A stretch of DNA of 64,000 nucleotides from Trichoplax sp. H2 (Eukaryota): NCBI GenBank assembly GCA_003344405.1, contig NOWV01000002.1, positions 1,364,001 through 1,428,000 on the forward strand, in the 5' to 3' direction. Position 1 is the stretch's first letter. Each line of letters opens with the position of its first letter. Positions 1 to 13,101 of the stretch are shown here, one piece after another. Below the pieces are notes generated by a model that was not told the DNA's origin, ran no database searches, and saw only the letters and a list, made by a program, of their open reading frames with translations. The position numbers were made by a program, and so were the translations under genes.

Positions 1-255
1 GATACTTGGCCTCTTTCGACGATTCTATAGACAATCGATATGTCGACAATGTAATCCAACAATTAGAGCCAGAAGTGTAAGTTGATAATACATAATAATT
101 AATACTTGTTTCGATTACAAACTTATTAAACGTTACTGTGGTGCTACAACATTATGACTTTTAATGCTTACGTTTTTAGAGAAAAATCAGACGGACTTAT
201 TGGGCCTCGCCACTTTACTGGCCCAATTTCGCCCAAGCTATCTCCTGAATTCTAA
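1..255 (+). CDS. 3' end (last two exons, <1-76 and 180-255) of an unidentified gene that begins upstream of the window
   Basis: Open frame YLASFDDSIDNRYVDNVIQQLEPEV, then a GTAAGT donor at 77 and a TTTTTAG acceptor ending at 179. The frame continues EKSDGLIGPRHFTGPISPKLSPEF to TAA at 253-255. No recognisable domain. Confidence 0.5.
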
Positions 256-2517
256 TATAGCTAGGATGATTAATTAATAATTAGTTAATACGAACGGTAT
301 CAAACGTCGCTAATACACCTTGTAACAGAGATTCATTACCATATGATACCTTGCATGTTGATAATGATGTGTTGGCATTTGCAAAGGAATTGATACATAT
401 TGTACTTAATCACTAATTTATGTGTATTAGGAACATTAACTACATATCTATGACTATATAGATTGTACCGCACATATAATTAGCCTTCTGAATGTACTAG
501 AAAAATTTTAAAGATTTCATATTAAGCTACATTATAAATGATGTACGAAAACATACGTCTATAAATAATAGTAATTATAAAGCTTAACATTAACTTTCAA
601 GTGATATTTAGTTCCTTGATAATTCTTACTACTCTAGAACAGTATTACATATCATTTTTATTTAATTTGATGTAAGAGTATCAAGAGTTTAGAAATGCTC
701 TATTATCTACAGTACCATGGAGCAAATTAAGTTCTTCACCAGGTCGTAGAATAAATGAGCTACACCACCCTATTAAGAGTAACTTTACCAGCTAATGTTT
801 AAACATAGCTCGTCATAAGTAGTATAGATTAAAAGATCAAATGCATTGTACTAATGCATAAATTATATAATTTATACAACTCACAACATTTTCGCTTTTT
901 CAAGAAATTGTCTACTTATTCGAATCATAATGAGTCGCAGGTACTTTTTAAATATATGTAACAATTGATGTAAATAAAGTACCCATCTTACAAAAAAAGA
1001 GCTTCGAATTATTTTATCGATATAATAATGTTACGGTCAATCCCGGGAATCGGTCATTCCCCGGGAAAGATCGAATCCGTTGGTTATTCCCCTGCATATA
1101 TATTCTATTACAGCGATGCTTACGTTATACACGTAGGGTGATTATAACGATTTATTAGCTTAGCCTTATGATTATGATTATATAACCATCAGTTTTTATA
1201 CCTTGTGAATATTGATTGGGACATAAATATGATCGATAAGTATTATCAAAATTATAGTCTAAGCTTTATTGAGTGTGTCCACATTTAAGTCTCTGTGTGT
1301 AAATAAAAGCGCTTCTAGAATAAATATTACGCCTCCTCGTAAAATAATTTACAAGATTAAACATTAAATTTGATAAGGTAGCTTTCGTGAATAATATTAA
1401 TTTTGAGGCTTAGGAATGCAATTATATCTATTAGGGATTTAGTGCGAAATGTGCTTGTATAATATATGAATTTTATAAATTTTAGTAGCCTACCTTCCGA
1501 GCGATATGAAATTTGATAAATTAACGATAATTCACTCACATATCAGTTATTAGTAGAATAATCAATGATTGATTAGATTACGTACTTTAATACCTTATTC
1601 AGTCTTTATCTTGTTTCAGTAGTATAGATTTTGGTTGTAATGATGTTATATCTGGATTTTATAAACTTGTGTGCATTTAGTAAAATTATATATGAAATAT
1701 TCTCAGGAAATTTCCTTATCAATAGTAATACTTAAATAGGCATCATGTGATAGTTCAATTTTTTCCATATATTTCTTTTTACGTCTATACTTTATCAGCT
1801 CCGCGTACTTTTATATCTCAATGATAAAAAGTATTCATTACGGCTGCGTATATTGTTATTTGAGGCGTTACATCGTATGCTAACATATGTCAAACTATCG
1901 CGCTAAATTTGGAAAAATTAAAATGTGCCAATGTTTAAAACTGACACATGCTACAAAAAATTTCAGTGGATAATTTATCATCGAATGCTTTGCTGCTATC
2001 AGGGAAGCTTTAATTTGGCCGGACAATTTCTCAGGATTTTTAATTATAGATTCTTCGATTAATATACATGGAGGCATTACCTATATGATAATGCGATTGT
2101 AAGAAATTGTTGTCCTTGAATAATTTGATTCTTATACAACTGTTTTATTACGTGAAATAACCTAATAAATAAAGTTAAGAAATAAATTCTGTAATTTGCT
2201 ATCCTAAACTTCCAATTGAATACGGTACTTAGCTACATTATGTTATAAATTGTCTCCACATTATAAATTAATTATAGCCTAAAGAGGGATACGTGATGAT
2301 TTGGCATTAGTGGTTTACGTAAACTGCAGTAATAATAGTATTTGATCCCTATTTTAACTTCTTATTGTTAACTCTTTCGCTGTATTCAAATTATCATTAA
2401 CGTATACTGTATAGCACAGTATTGATGCTCCATTAACTCAGGTTGGCAATCGAAATTATTAATACAGCTTTCTTTTTATTTATTTCTATTCGATTTATCG
2501 AGTTTATTGAGTTTCTA

Positions 2518-3717
2518 ATGAGCAAGAAGGAAGCAGCTAGTAATCGCTCTGATCGATTCTTAGCATGTGCGGCCGTGGTGATAATTACAATAATATTTTT
2601 TGTATACTTTATAACTGTAACCATAGATTTTAAAGCTTCTTCATCGTCTATAAAATTTTTCAAGAAGAATAAACCCTTGATACTGTTTTGGACGCCGTGG
2701 TTTTCATTTGATTGGCCAATTGCAGCTGGTAACCTTAAATGTAAAGATTACGGTGTAGAATGTATTATAACGAAAGATAGAGGAGATTATTATCGAAGTC
2801 ATGCTGTAGTTTTTCATGGATCATCTTACCAAGTGAGAGATATTCATGATTATCCTATACTTAGAAGCCGTCCCTATGGGCAAAAATGGGTTTATCATAA
2901 CTTAGAGAATCCAATGATTTCCACATCCTTGACTAACGGTCATCTACCTAAAGAGATCAATGGACTATTTAATGTGACCATGACTTATACCTCCGATTCC
3001 GATGTTATCTATCGATATGGTCAGGTAGTTCCTGGCCAATTTAAGGATGGTTTTGATCCTAACCGCAATTATGCTCAGGGCAAGACGAAGCTAGTTGCAT
3101 GGGCTTCTAGTAAATGTTATCCTGAAAGAACTACGTTTATAAATCGTTTAAGTCGGCTGATGCAAGTTGATAAATACGGCAAATGTGGTAATTTATCATG
3201 CCCCAGAACTAAAGGTTGTTGGAAGAGGTTGGGTCGACAATATAAATTTTATCTCAGCTTTGAAAATAAAGTTTGTAAGGATTATGTCACGGAGAAATTC
3301 TATGCCAATGCTTTACTCTACGATATGGTTCCTATTGTGCTAGGAGGAGCCAATTATCAAGACCCACAAGTGGCTCCACCAGGATCGTATATTAATGCGT
3401 TCGATTTCAAGAATATTAAAGAATTGAGCCAATATATTCTAAAAGTTGATAAAGATGATAGCTTATATAATCAATATTTTCAATGGAGAGCTAATTATAC
3501 CATTGTACGGATGAAAATGTCAGAAGCATTTTGTGAATTATGTTACGATATTTCATTTTTTCGACGCCAAAAAATTTATCATGACTTGACAACATTTTGG
3601 AGTACTGATGAAGAAAATTGTGTAAAATATCCCAAGTCAGGAAATTCCAAGATATCTACCCAATTTAAGTACTACGCCACGAAATCCGATAGTTCGGCTA
3701 ATCGTGGCCGTGTCTGA
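2518..3717 (+). CDS. Alpha-1,3/4-fucosyltransferase (glycosyltransferase family 10), type II Golgi membrane protein, intronless
   Basis: Long ORF with first ATG at 2518 (MSKKEA...). N-terminal TM segment (LACAAVVIITIIFFVYFITVTI), LILFWTPWF, AVVFHG, WVYHNLENP, FNVTMTYTSDSD, and the GT10 signature YKFYLSFENKVCKDYVTEKFY, followed by VPIVLGG and YNQYFQWR. Confidence 0.93.
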   Translation: MSKKEAASNRSDRFLACAAVVIITIIFFVYFITVTIDFKASSSSIKFFKKNKPLILFWTPWFSFDWPIAAGNLKCKDYGVECIITKDRGDYYRSHAVVFHGSSYQVRDIHDYPILRSRPYGQKWVYHNLENPMISTSLTNGHLPKEINGLFNVTMTYTSDSDVIYRYGQVVPGQFKDGFDPNRNYAQGKTKLVAWASSKCYPERTTFINRLSRLMQVDKYGKCGNLSCPRTKGCWKRLGRQYKFYLSFENKVCKDYVTEKFYANALLYDMVPIVLGGANYQDPQVAPPGSYINAFDFKNIKELSQYILKVDKDDSLYNQYFQWRANYTIVRMKMSEAFCELCYDISFFRRQKIYHDLTTFWSTDEENCVKYPKSGNSKISTQFKYYATKSDSSANRGRV

Positions 3718-4816
3718 CGTCGCTAATATTGCACCTTTTACGCCTAAAGCGCCATAATTTCTTTAGGAAAAATTCCTAAAATCAGATACATAGATTGTAA
3801 CAGTCTAGAAATGGTATCTGTTGATTGCATGTAATTATGAATTATAAAACTTTTAGATTACATAATAAAAAGCTTTAATTGAGCAGTTGTAGTAAAGTTA
3901 CTTTAAAATTTCTATTTTATATAACCACGGCTATCATTGCTTCATTATCACAAGTTTTTGATGGCTATAATTGATCAATGTGCATGTAGACAGAACTTAA
4001 CTATGCTATTCATGGAGGGGGAAATTAAAGCAGTCCAGGATGTTGAATGTTTAAGTAAAGATCAAAATAAAATAACGTGAATAATACGCATACTGTAATG
4101 AAGAGTAGTAAAGTATTATAGATTTGATTATCCTATGAGATGTACCATCCGGATATACAGCACAGTCAGTTGTCGGTAGACATGACCACTATCTTAGCCG
4201 TGTTCTTCATTAGCAGCTTAAGAATGGATACACTGAGTGAGTGAGTTTGCTTTGTAAGTAGACAGCTGCAAGTTGCAAATTGATCAGACTACAGACTTTA
4301 AATCGGTGAAATCCAGTATGTTGTCCTGTGCAACTGTATTGCAAGCCTATCACAAGCACTGAAATAGTCTGTAAGCGTATGTGATGTTTACCAGCTGGTG
4401 GTACCGATGAAGGATGCTCGAAATGTCCGCAGATAAATGATTACTTTGATTGATGACCTTAAAAAGGAATGAAGAGGATATAGGATTCAAACTCCAAAGT
4501 TGGACATTTGGCGCAAGAATGCTCCAATCTGATGAAATGATTATCCTTATTTATATCATCGTATAATATGGAAAATGCTGCTGCACATGATATGATTGAC
4601 ATATTCAAGAACTGCATTACAGCGATTAAAATGGAGACTTCCAATCATAACAAAATAGATGCAATTCTGAATGGCTACAAATACTGAATATTTTTGTTTG
4701 GTGGCCGGGGGGATTCGAATGACATTTCTTCTTAGTCCAATTCCATATTGCAGTCAATGTAGGATTGAACTAGACATTATAGCCACTATCTTGAATATTA
4801 CTTTGGCCAAGCTATT

Positions 4817-5541
4817 TATATAAATTTAACATTTATCCTTCCATTGGCTTTCTTCGCACTGCTTAGGATAATAATTTGGACACCATCTTGAGGATTGTGC
4901 GATGAGCCATTACTTAAGTCTCCATCCAATTTCACTGTTATAATGAATCATAGGCTGCATGGATGTGATTGTGCACACTATATAAATTTAACATTTATCC
5001 TTCCATTGGCTTTCTTCCTGCTTAGGATAATAATTTGAATTTGATAACTCTTGCAAAATGAATTTGCAAGATTTGGACACCATCTTGAGGATTGTGCGAT
5101 GAGCCATTACTTAATTCTCCATCCAATTTCACTGTTATACTGAATCATAGACTGTATGGATGTGATTGTGCACACTATATAAATTTAACATTTATCCTTC
5201 CATTGGCTTTCTTCGCACTGCATAGGATAATAATTTGGACACCATCTTGAGGATTGTGCGATGAGCCATTACTTAAGTCTCCATCCAATTTCACTGTTAT
5301 AATGAATCATAGACTGCATGGATGTGATTGTGCACACTATATAAATTTAACATTTATCCTTCCATTGGCTTTCTTCCCACTGCTTAGGATAATAATTTGA
5401 ATTGTCCAAATCTTGCAAAATGAATTTGCAAGATTTGGACACCATCTTGAGGATTGAGCGATGAGCCCTTACTTAAGTCTCCATCCAGTTTCACTGTTAT
5501 ACTGAATCATAGACTGTATGGATGTGATTGTGCACACTATA
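4817..5541. repeat. Tandem repeat, 4 near-identical copies (162, 197, 162, 200 bp) forming a short/long higher-order dimer
   Basis: The unit TATATAAATTTAACATTTATCCTTCCATTGGCTTTC...GGATGTGATTGTGCACAC starts at 4817, 4979, 5176 and 5338. Copies 2 and 4 carry an extra ~38-bp segment. Confidence 0.95.
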
Positions 5542-6373
5542 GTCTACTCCATCGTTTACCATTTCTATATTGTATCCTATAGTAATCGATGATCTACTGG
5601 CTAGGTATTGTATCAGCACTGATTTTTCCAGCTCCAACATTGTCAAGTTGAAGCGTCTATAGAAATAACTAGAGTCAGGATGGCTGTCTGCGTTGCACTC
5701 CTCTAAGCGTCGTCGTCTTCGTCCCAGTTCTTGATAATTCATTTATACTAGCCGCTACTACGCTCGCCAGTAGCAGTTTCTTCTTTCTCGATTTCGATGT
5801 CTATAACAAGAGACTTGGAAGGGAAAATCTCAACAGAACCTACTGAGAACAGTGTTTAGAGTATTGTAGCAGGATAGCACTAAAGTTGGCCTGGTTTGAC
5901 TGCATGATAGTTATCCTGGATCGATTTTACGATCTTAACTAGTCTATCATTGATTTACCAAAACATCGGATGCGATGACTTACGTAGTGTAGAATATTAT
6001 TTCATTGATTGATTTCCATTGAAACTGCATTGCTGCTTGTACCAAGTTGGATCGTTTCGACATCCTCGTTGGTTTATTTGCCTAGTCAAGAGAGAGATTT
6101 GGTTTTGTAAACTAGTCTATATAAATTAGGAAGCTGTTGATATATTTGGATGACTGTATCGCTTCTGTGTAGTGCTTAATTTAGCAATATCGACCACGTT
6201 GGATGTTATCCAGTCCAATTAAATCATCCATTTTTACTGGCTATTTCCTGGATTGTTGTTGTTCTTGACGAGGAAGTTACTGGTGGACGTCAATCAGTCA
6301 ATCGGCAAAATAATTTAAATTTCCCTTTCATTTTATTTTCAATAATACGATCTGGGTACAACACAAAATAATT

Positions 6374-9300
6374 ATGCTTTTGCTACGACAGATCGTTGTT
6401 TTGGTCTTATTATCTTCTTGGCCAATCGCATCGTTGAGTAAAGAGTCGAATATTCAATGGTGGGCTGTTCAGTTGAAAGAAGACAGCAATAGAATCAAAG
6501 CTACTTCAGTAGAGTATCTAGACAAAGTAGCCATCGATATTGCCAGACAATATTCGTTGAAACTCTACGGTCGTATTGGAGAATTAGCTAACTACTATCT
6601 ATACTATTCATCAGTGGATTCTCATGCTGGCCATAGTGTATTGCAGCTCAATCAGAAGTTACAGAATCATCCTTTCATTCAATGGCATCAGCTACAAGAG
6701 AATCTAGTTAGACATAAACGACAAGTTGAAAGCCCTATAAACTTTCCTGATCCATTTTATCCTGATCAATGGCATCTGGTAAGGGCATGATCTTTTCTAT
6801 CTTTTACTATAAAAATTAAAGAATATTACTTTCAGTTAGATGGCATCCGGTGCGAATCATCTCTCTCTTTCGTTAATGAGACTGCACAGTATTCCAATCA
6901 ATTCGATAAGAAAGTTTTACATTAATCTGACTTTTTTTCTTGAAGAGAATCTACTACTTTATCTTATTGACATCATTGGGAAATGATAGAGGAAAAATTT
7001 TACCTTTAACCCTCATCTAGTTTTTACGTCTTATTGAGTGTAGCACTCGTACTTCCATAATGCTGCTAAACAAGTTACCGCATTTTATTTAAGCGCGATA
7101 TAGTTCAGAAATAGAGTAAGTAGTTTAGTTTACAATAGTGCGCTTTTACCTGGAGTACTGTTGATTTCAAACTGTACTCTCTTACCTGTAGTCCTTCTAT
7201 GATTGGGAGACTCGGCCCAAAGAATGCTTTGGGATCAATACGAGACATACTGTAGTATAACACAAGTTTTCATTGCAAATATTTTATTCCTATATTTAAT
7301 CTCTTCTCAATCTTACAACTGCATGGATTTACATTCTGTGAGATTATTTCTTTATTACTAACAACTTTCCTTTGATCATAGCATAACTTAAGAGATCCAA
7401 ATCATGATATTAACGTGACAAATGTTTGGAATCATAATATTACCGGGAAGGATGTCGTCGTCGCTATCATAGATGATGGTAAGCTTGAAGCACCAGGGCT
7501 CGGTGATCTTTATTCATGTACCCTGAGTGGAGTTAAATTACATTACATAGCTCATTACTATAAGATAGTGAAATCTCCTGGAAAACTCTAGACTATAAAC
7601 TTCATTATTATTGAATGGAGAATGTAACCTCGTTCAGCACATTAGCTTCGATTACAACATTTCGTATAATAATTGTTTATGTTGAACAGGTTTTTCTTAA
7701 AATTTCGTTATGAACAGTGAGGCACAGCACCTTACCAACATTTACAGTGTACAATTTATAGTACATTTATAGTACTTTTTGAGAAAGCAATTGTAATGAT
7801 TAGCTTTATAATCATAGATATAAGTAGAATCCCACAATGAACTTTTCTATGATCGTTAATGCAGTAGCTTGATTTAAGAAACAAACTATAAAGTGCAATT
7901 TCCTGGAACAGTAACAGTCTCTTGAGCGGGACCGTTATCCACCTACCGATTGCAGATAATGATTTTAAATCATCAAATCTAGTTTACCGCTATATTTTTG
8001 TGCTGGTTTTGTGTTAATTATGCAATACTTTGTTTATTCATTGTCAACTGTTTGTTGAAATAACGATTTACCTTCTACTCTGATGGGCGTAGGTGTTCAA
8101 TGGAAAAATGAAGATCTAGTAGATAATTATGTAAGTGGAATTTTGCATACTGCTGCAATTAGTGAGCATGACTGCTTACCTTATCAAAATATGCGTTATG
8201 GTCGTAATAGAATACTTAGCGTCCCATTATTAGATTTAGCTGATGGATGCCTGTGACTGAATTAATACAACATTTGTGTAATTTAATGCCTTAAATTCGA
8301 TCTTAACAAATAGTTACTATAACTCTTGCCGCGAAGTTGATAGTATTTATTATAAATGGGATTAGATTTAAAAGTGTTTTTAACTTTGTTGATAAATTAG
8401 GTCTGTAGTGTAGCATTGCATTTCCTACGATCCAGTTATAATTGTAGTCTTGCTAGGACAACATGTAGCCAAAATTATGAAGCAGTCAGTTGCAAACTAT
8501 ATTGTGAATATACTGCTACTTTCATCTATTGATAAAAATTCTGATGGTAAACTAATAGGAGCCAAAAGGGAGCTGGGACGTAATCGATAATGATGACGAT
8601 CCGGTACCTGCATTTGCATATCCACAGACTAATTACCATGGTACTAGGTACTGAGTAAAGTAAATTAGTTGTTAATCACTGCAGATTATCCTTAGATTTT
8701 TATACGCATTTTTAATGCAATCGTAAGGCTTTTTCTACCATAATCTTCAATGATAAAATCTCATTGTAGATGTGCTGGTGTTGCTTCAGCAGTAACCAAT
8801 CAATACTGTGGTGTGGGGGTAGCTTATGGATCAAAATTTTCAGGTGCATTAAATTTCGGCATCTATATGCGTTATACTACTACAAATTCAAATCAATAGC
8901 TAGTTATATCATAAAGTTTCGAAATCAGGCTATTTAGCTTTGCTACCAATTGCAACTACGAGTATTTGTTCTATCTCTCCACAATGACTTTGCTATTGCA
9001 GTTTAAGTAATGGAATAAATTACAATCTTTATTTCTTGTATAGCTTGTATTTTGTAAAGATAGTCCTTAGTATTGCAGATCTTGCACAAGTGTGCATGCG
9101 ATGTTTAAGCTCTCTTTTTTACAACAAAAGTAAATATTTTAATTAAGTTATTAATCTGGCTTCTTTTCGGCAATCTCTTAGCTATACGTTTACTAGATAC
9201 GACCACTACCGATGCAAAAGAATCCGCCGCTTTCAGCACTAAATCACAAACCAATGATATCTACAGTTGCAGGTTAACAGAATTTTTTTAATGCATTCTT

Positions 9301-12300
9301 TATTAACTGCGCAAGTAGTTTTGCACTGGCCATGGCACACAGGTGCTATTTTCAATTCATAGATACTATATCGCGATCATCATTTACGTATGCATACCAA
9401 TATTGGCCAAAATAATTTAACGGTGATTATATGAAATTTATATTTATGATATTGACAAAGTTGGGGACCATTGGATGATGGCAAAACTGTTGATGGACCT
9501 CGAGAACTTACAAAAGTGTTACTCTATTTTATATTTTAATTTTACCACTGCCTTTTATAGCAGTAAATATGGTTGCGAAATCGTTTCTTTAATTAAACTC
9601 TACTGTTGATTTACCGAAATATTACAGAAAGCAATATTGGCTGGAGTTACGAATGGGAGGAAAAAGTTAGGCAACATTTTTGTGGTTGCTGCTGGTAATG
9701 GTGGCACTCTGGACGATTGTAATTACGATGGGTTTGCCAACTCAGTATACACGTTGACAATTGGTAAGAGTGCGTATGCTAAAAATATTCATTACCCACA
9801 GATTTTATATTTGCTATTCATTATTTAATATTAGGTGCAGTTACTGAAAATTTAAGTCCAACTCCTTATTCAGAGCCTTGCTCAGCGATGCATGCCGTTG
9901 CTTTTGGTGGTAGCTCCGGTTCAGCAAGTATTGTAAGAAATTATCAATGATATTATACTAATTTTTATGTAATAAGTAAATATTCGTCTAGGGTGAATCG
10001 AATTCATGCCGTATTTGCCGTTTAATTCTAATAATTTAATTCTGATGATTTTCATTAATTATAGACAACAACTGATTGGAAAAGCGATAGGAATTCTGGC
10101 TGCACAAGGTCATTTACCGGTACTTCGGCGGCGGCTCCAATGGCCGCTGGGATAGTAGCACTGATGTTGTCAACAAAGTGCGTTTAAGTGTATTATAGAA
10201 TGATTGATTACTTGTAATTCGATAAAAAATACCAGTAAACTTCTAAATACTAAGCCTCGACTGTTATTTATTAAAAGTTTTTGCCTGACATGGAGGGATG
10301 TCCAATATATAATTGCACTGTCGTCTGTTAAGGTGTTATAAAATATAAGAAAAATACTATGAAACTCTTGTTAATTGAAATCATTCAAGTCTTAATACAC
10401 TTTTGACGCTTTTGCTGTTTACAGATTCGAGCTAATGATAATCGCTGGATGACAAATACGGCAGGTTTCCATCACCACCCTCTCTTCGGATTCGGCTTAA
10501 TCAGCGCATGGAATGCTGTAAAACTAGCTGCGGTAGTCCTTATGTTCTTTATTCTAATTTTATAGTTTTACAATATGAATGTACATCATCTGTGGTTGAA
10601 TTAACGATAAATTTTAAATCTGGACGTAGCTGAAGATTTACGCTTACTCTTGAATGTTGCTTGCTGCTCTTCCCTGTTTTGTGGTCAAACTCCAAAGCAT
10701 GAATTGATTAACATAGCTATACTTCCGTTATATGTTGTAATTGTAGACTTGGGAAAATCTTCCTCCTTCTCAACAATGGCAATCCGATAATTATATAGGA
10801 GATTCGGGCCGCGTACTAATTAATAACACCCATACTTCCAGTGTTAATGTTAATTTTACGGGCCTAGTGTATACCCTTGAGCACGTTGTTGTGTCTGTAA
10901 GTGAAAAATATGTCAATGGAAAAATAGTCTCTCCTAACTACAATAATCAGGTAGACTTCCTCAATAGTTTCCTAACGTATTGTAAATTGTTCTATGCTGA
11001 TTCTTCTAGGTTCATTTAGAACACTCGTTTAGAGGTAACATAGAGATTTATATACGATGTCCGAGCGGGATCGAAGCGAAACTTGCAAGTTCTAGGACTA
11101 CTGATAAGTTCGTACAGTAAACTCATTCTTGATTTTAATAAAATTCAACGTCAAATATTATGATACATTCTGCGCCATTTACTTGTTACCTGATTACGGA
11201 TTAATAGAAATTTTCATTACATTGATTTTGATACAGTTCCAGGGAAGGATTTAATAATTGGGAGTTTTCAACTGTTAGATGCTGGGGTGAAAGTCCCTAC
11301 GGCTTATGGGAACTACGAATAGTAGATACTGGTAAGTAAATCTTAATATCCTGCACTTTTACTGTTTATAAATGGCAGTACCGTAATGCTGTAGTAATCA
11401 GCCATACAATAGTCTACGGAAGTAGCATATTGAGAGAAACAAAATTTAGATTTATCTCTTACACTGATGCAAGTATTATCAGAAACAAACGTAGATGCGT
11501 ACATTCACTACGGCTTTATACTGCAGTTTTATTTTTATTTTTTAACGTAGCTATTTAGTAGAGCTTGATTAGGCGGTTATAGCCATTCGCAATTTGAGAT
11601 TAACTGTAAGCTTGATAAAACTACTGTCGCTTTGAATTAATTAACAAAGTACGGTATTTACTACTGTTTATATAATATTACACAGGTATACATTTCATCT
11701 TATGAGCAACTAATAGCTCACCACTAGTTTAGATGTCCCGTACATTACATTATATTTATTCTGTATCAATGCTATGCACTCTCATTGCAATTTAAAAATT
11801 TTAGGATCTCGAAAAGATGGCGTGTTAAAGTCATGGTTCCTTAGATTGTTTGGTTCTACAATGCTGACTTCGGACGTTGCAAGAAAAATAAGGTACAATG
11901 ACAATGTTAAATTTTTTGAGAAAGTTTATTTTACAAACTTGAATGGCTTACGAGCTTACAAATTTAGCGTATTGAGTATTCAATTTAAGCTGATATCATA
12001 ATAAAGTTAAGTACAAATGATCTTTATATATTTTAATATGTAGTGCTAGTGTATCGTTACTATGAAAACATGGAGTTATTGTTAACTTTTTACGGCGCAG
12101 TGCAGAGTAGCAATTTTCACTACTAAAGGAGTATAACTCATTAATTAATTGCAGTAACCACAGCATGTTACGGTGCTACATGTAGTTCTGCTGATTGGTA
12201 ATCTCGGCCTATAATTTAATTACTTGCCCTTGTAATGTAGGATTGCTCAAGAGGTATCCACATCGGATAGTTTGCAATTTAATTCTGAGTGTCCACTAAA

Positions 12301-12563
12301 TCCGAGAAATGTAACTGACGGTGCAGAGACGAGTATTTATCAGGTAATTTATAACTAGTCTTGAGCAACTGACATTTCCGCTGCTCACTCCGCATCTAAA
12401 TTTTATGTAAGCTATTTATACTGTATGTAAGCACAAACTCGCTAAATATTAACGTAAAATTAAACCTTGATTTTAATGTGATTTGTAGGGAAATCCTCTT
12501 AATCTAATGTGCATTGTGGTATCGTACTTGCTGTCACGCTTCGTCGCCGATTCTTATTATTGA
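6374..12563 (+). CDS. PCSK7: Proprotein convertase subtilisin/kexin, PC7 (PCSK7)-like; about 18 exons
   Basis: Signal peptide and prodomain ending RHKR, then [12 protein letters not shown] (exon 6374-6778). Spliced exons give VVVAIIDDG (catalytic Asp, ~7382-7478), NYHGTRCAG (His), [36 protein letters not shown] (oxyanion Asn), [13 protein letters not shown] (Ser), LTWRDVQY, and a P-domain ([22 protein letters not shown]). YSCSWGP, RCPSG and RCWGE are PC7-type. The last exon, 12489-12563, ends in TGA. Confidence 0.88.
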
Positions 12564-13101
12564 TATTCGAATAAAGAATCGCCATCATAATTTAATCATT
12601 TATTGTAAAGAATTGATTAATATTTATCATGTTACACAAATTCTTAAACTCAAGACTAATAAAGATTAATAGTAATTTAACCCTGCACTATAAAAGTTAT
12701 GTACCAACGAATAATTAATCTAAAACGTAAACCTGATACATAAAAACACGTATAGCGTTATAAAGCTAATGTATTATAATAGGTAATAAACAGCAACCTG
12801 AATAAAATTTATTACAAATAAACTTTGCAATATATAAAAACTATAGTCACTTCTACTAGCTACATTTAGCCGGATGACCAAGATTAGATCAAAAACTCCC
12901 AAGAAAATTAATAGCAAACTATGAGATGCGAATAGCCATGTAAGTCAGTATCTACGACACGATACAATACTCGACATACATCGAAGAGTACATGCTAAAA
13001 CTAAATTTCACTACATCCGTTTGCCTTAACATTACGCAAGCAAAGCGGGCAAAGTACTTTAATAATAAATGTCTCTTTACGACATCAACAGGCTTTCCTT
13101 T

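Noticed and set aside
1040..1068. Short GC-rich inverted repeat TCCCGGGAAT...ATTCCCCGGGA
   Set aside because: Too short and isolated to assign as an RNA gene, STAT site or transposon end.
4817..5541. Repeat array considered as CRISPR-like
   Set aside because: Whole units repeat with no unique spacers, there are no cas genes, and the context is eukaryotic.
12600..13100. CPE-like TTTTAT elements in the CPEB1 3'UTR suggesting autoregulation
   Set aside because: The hexamer is expected frequently by chance in DNA this AT-rich, and the UTR end is unknown.
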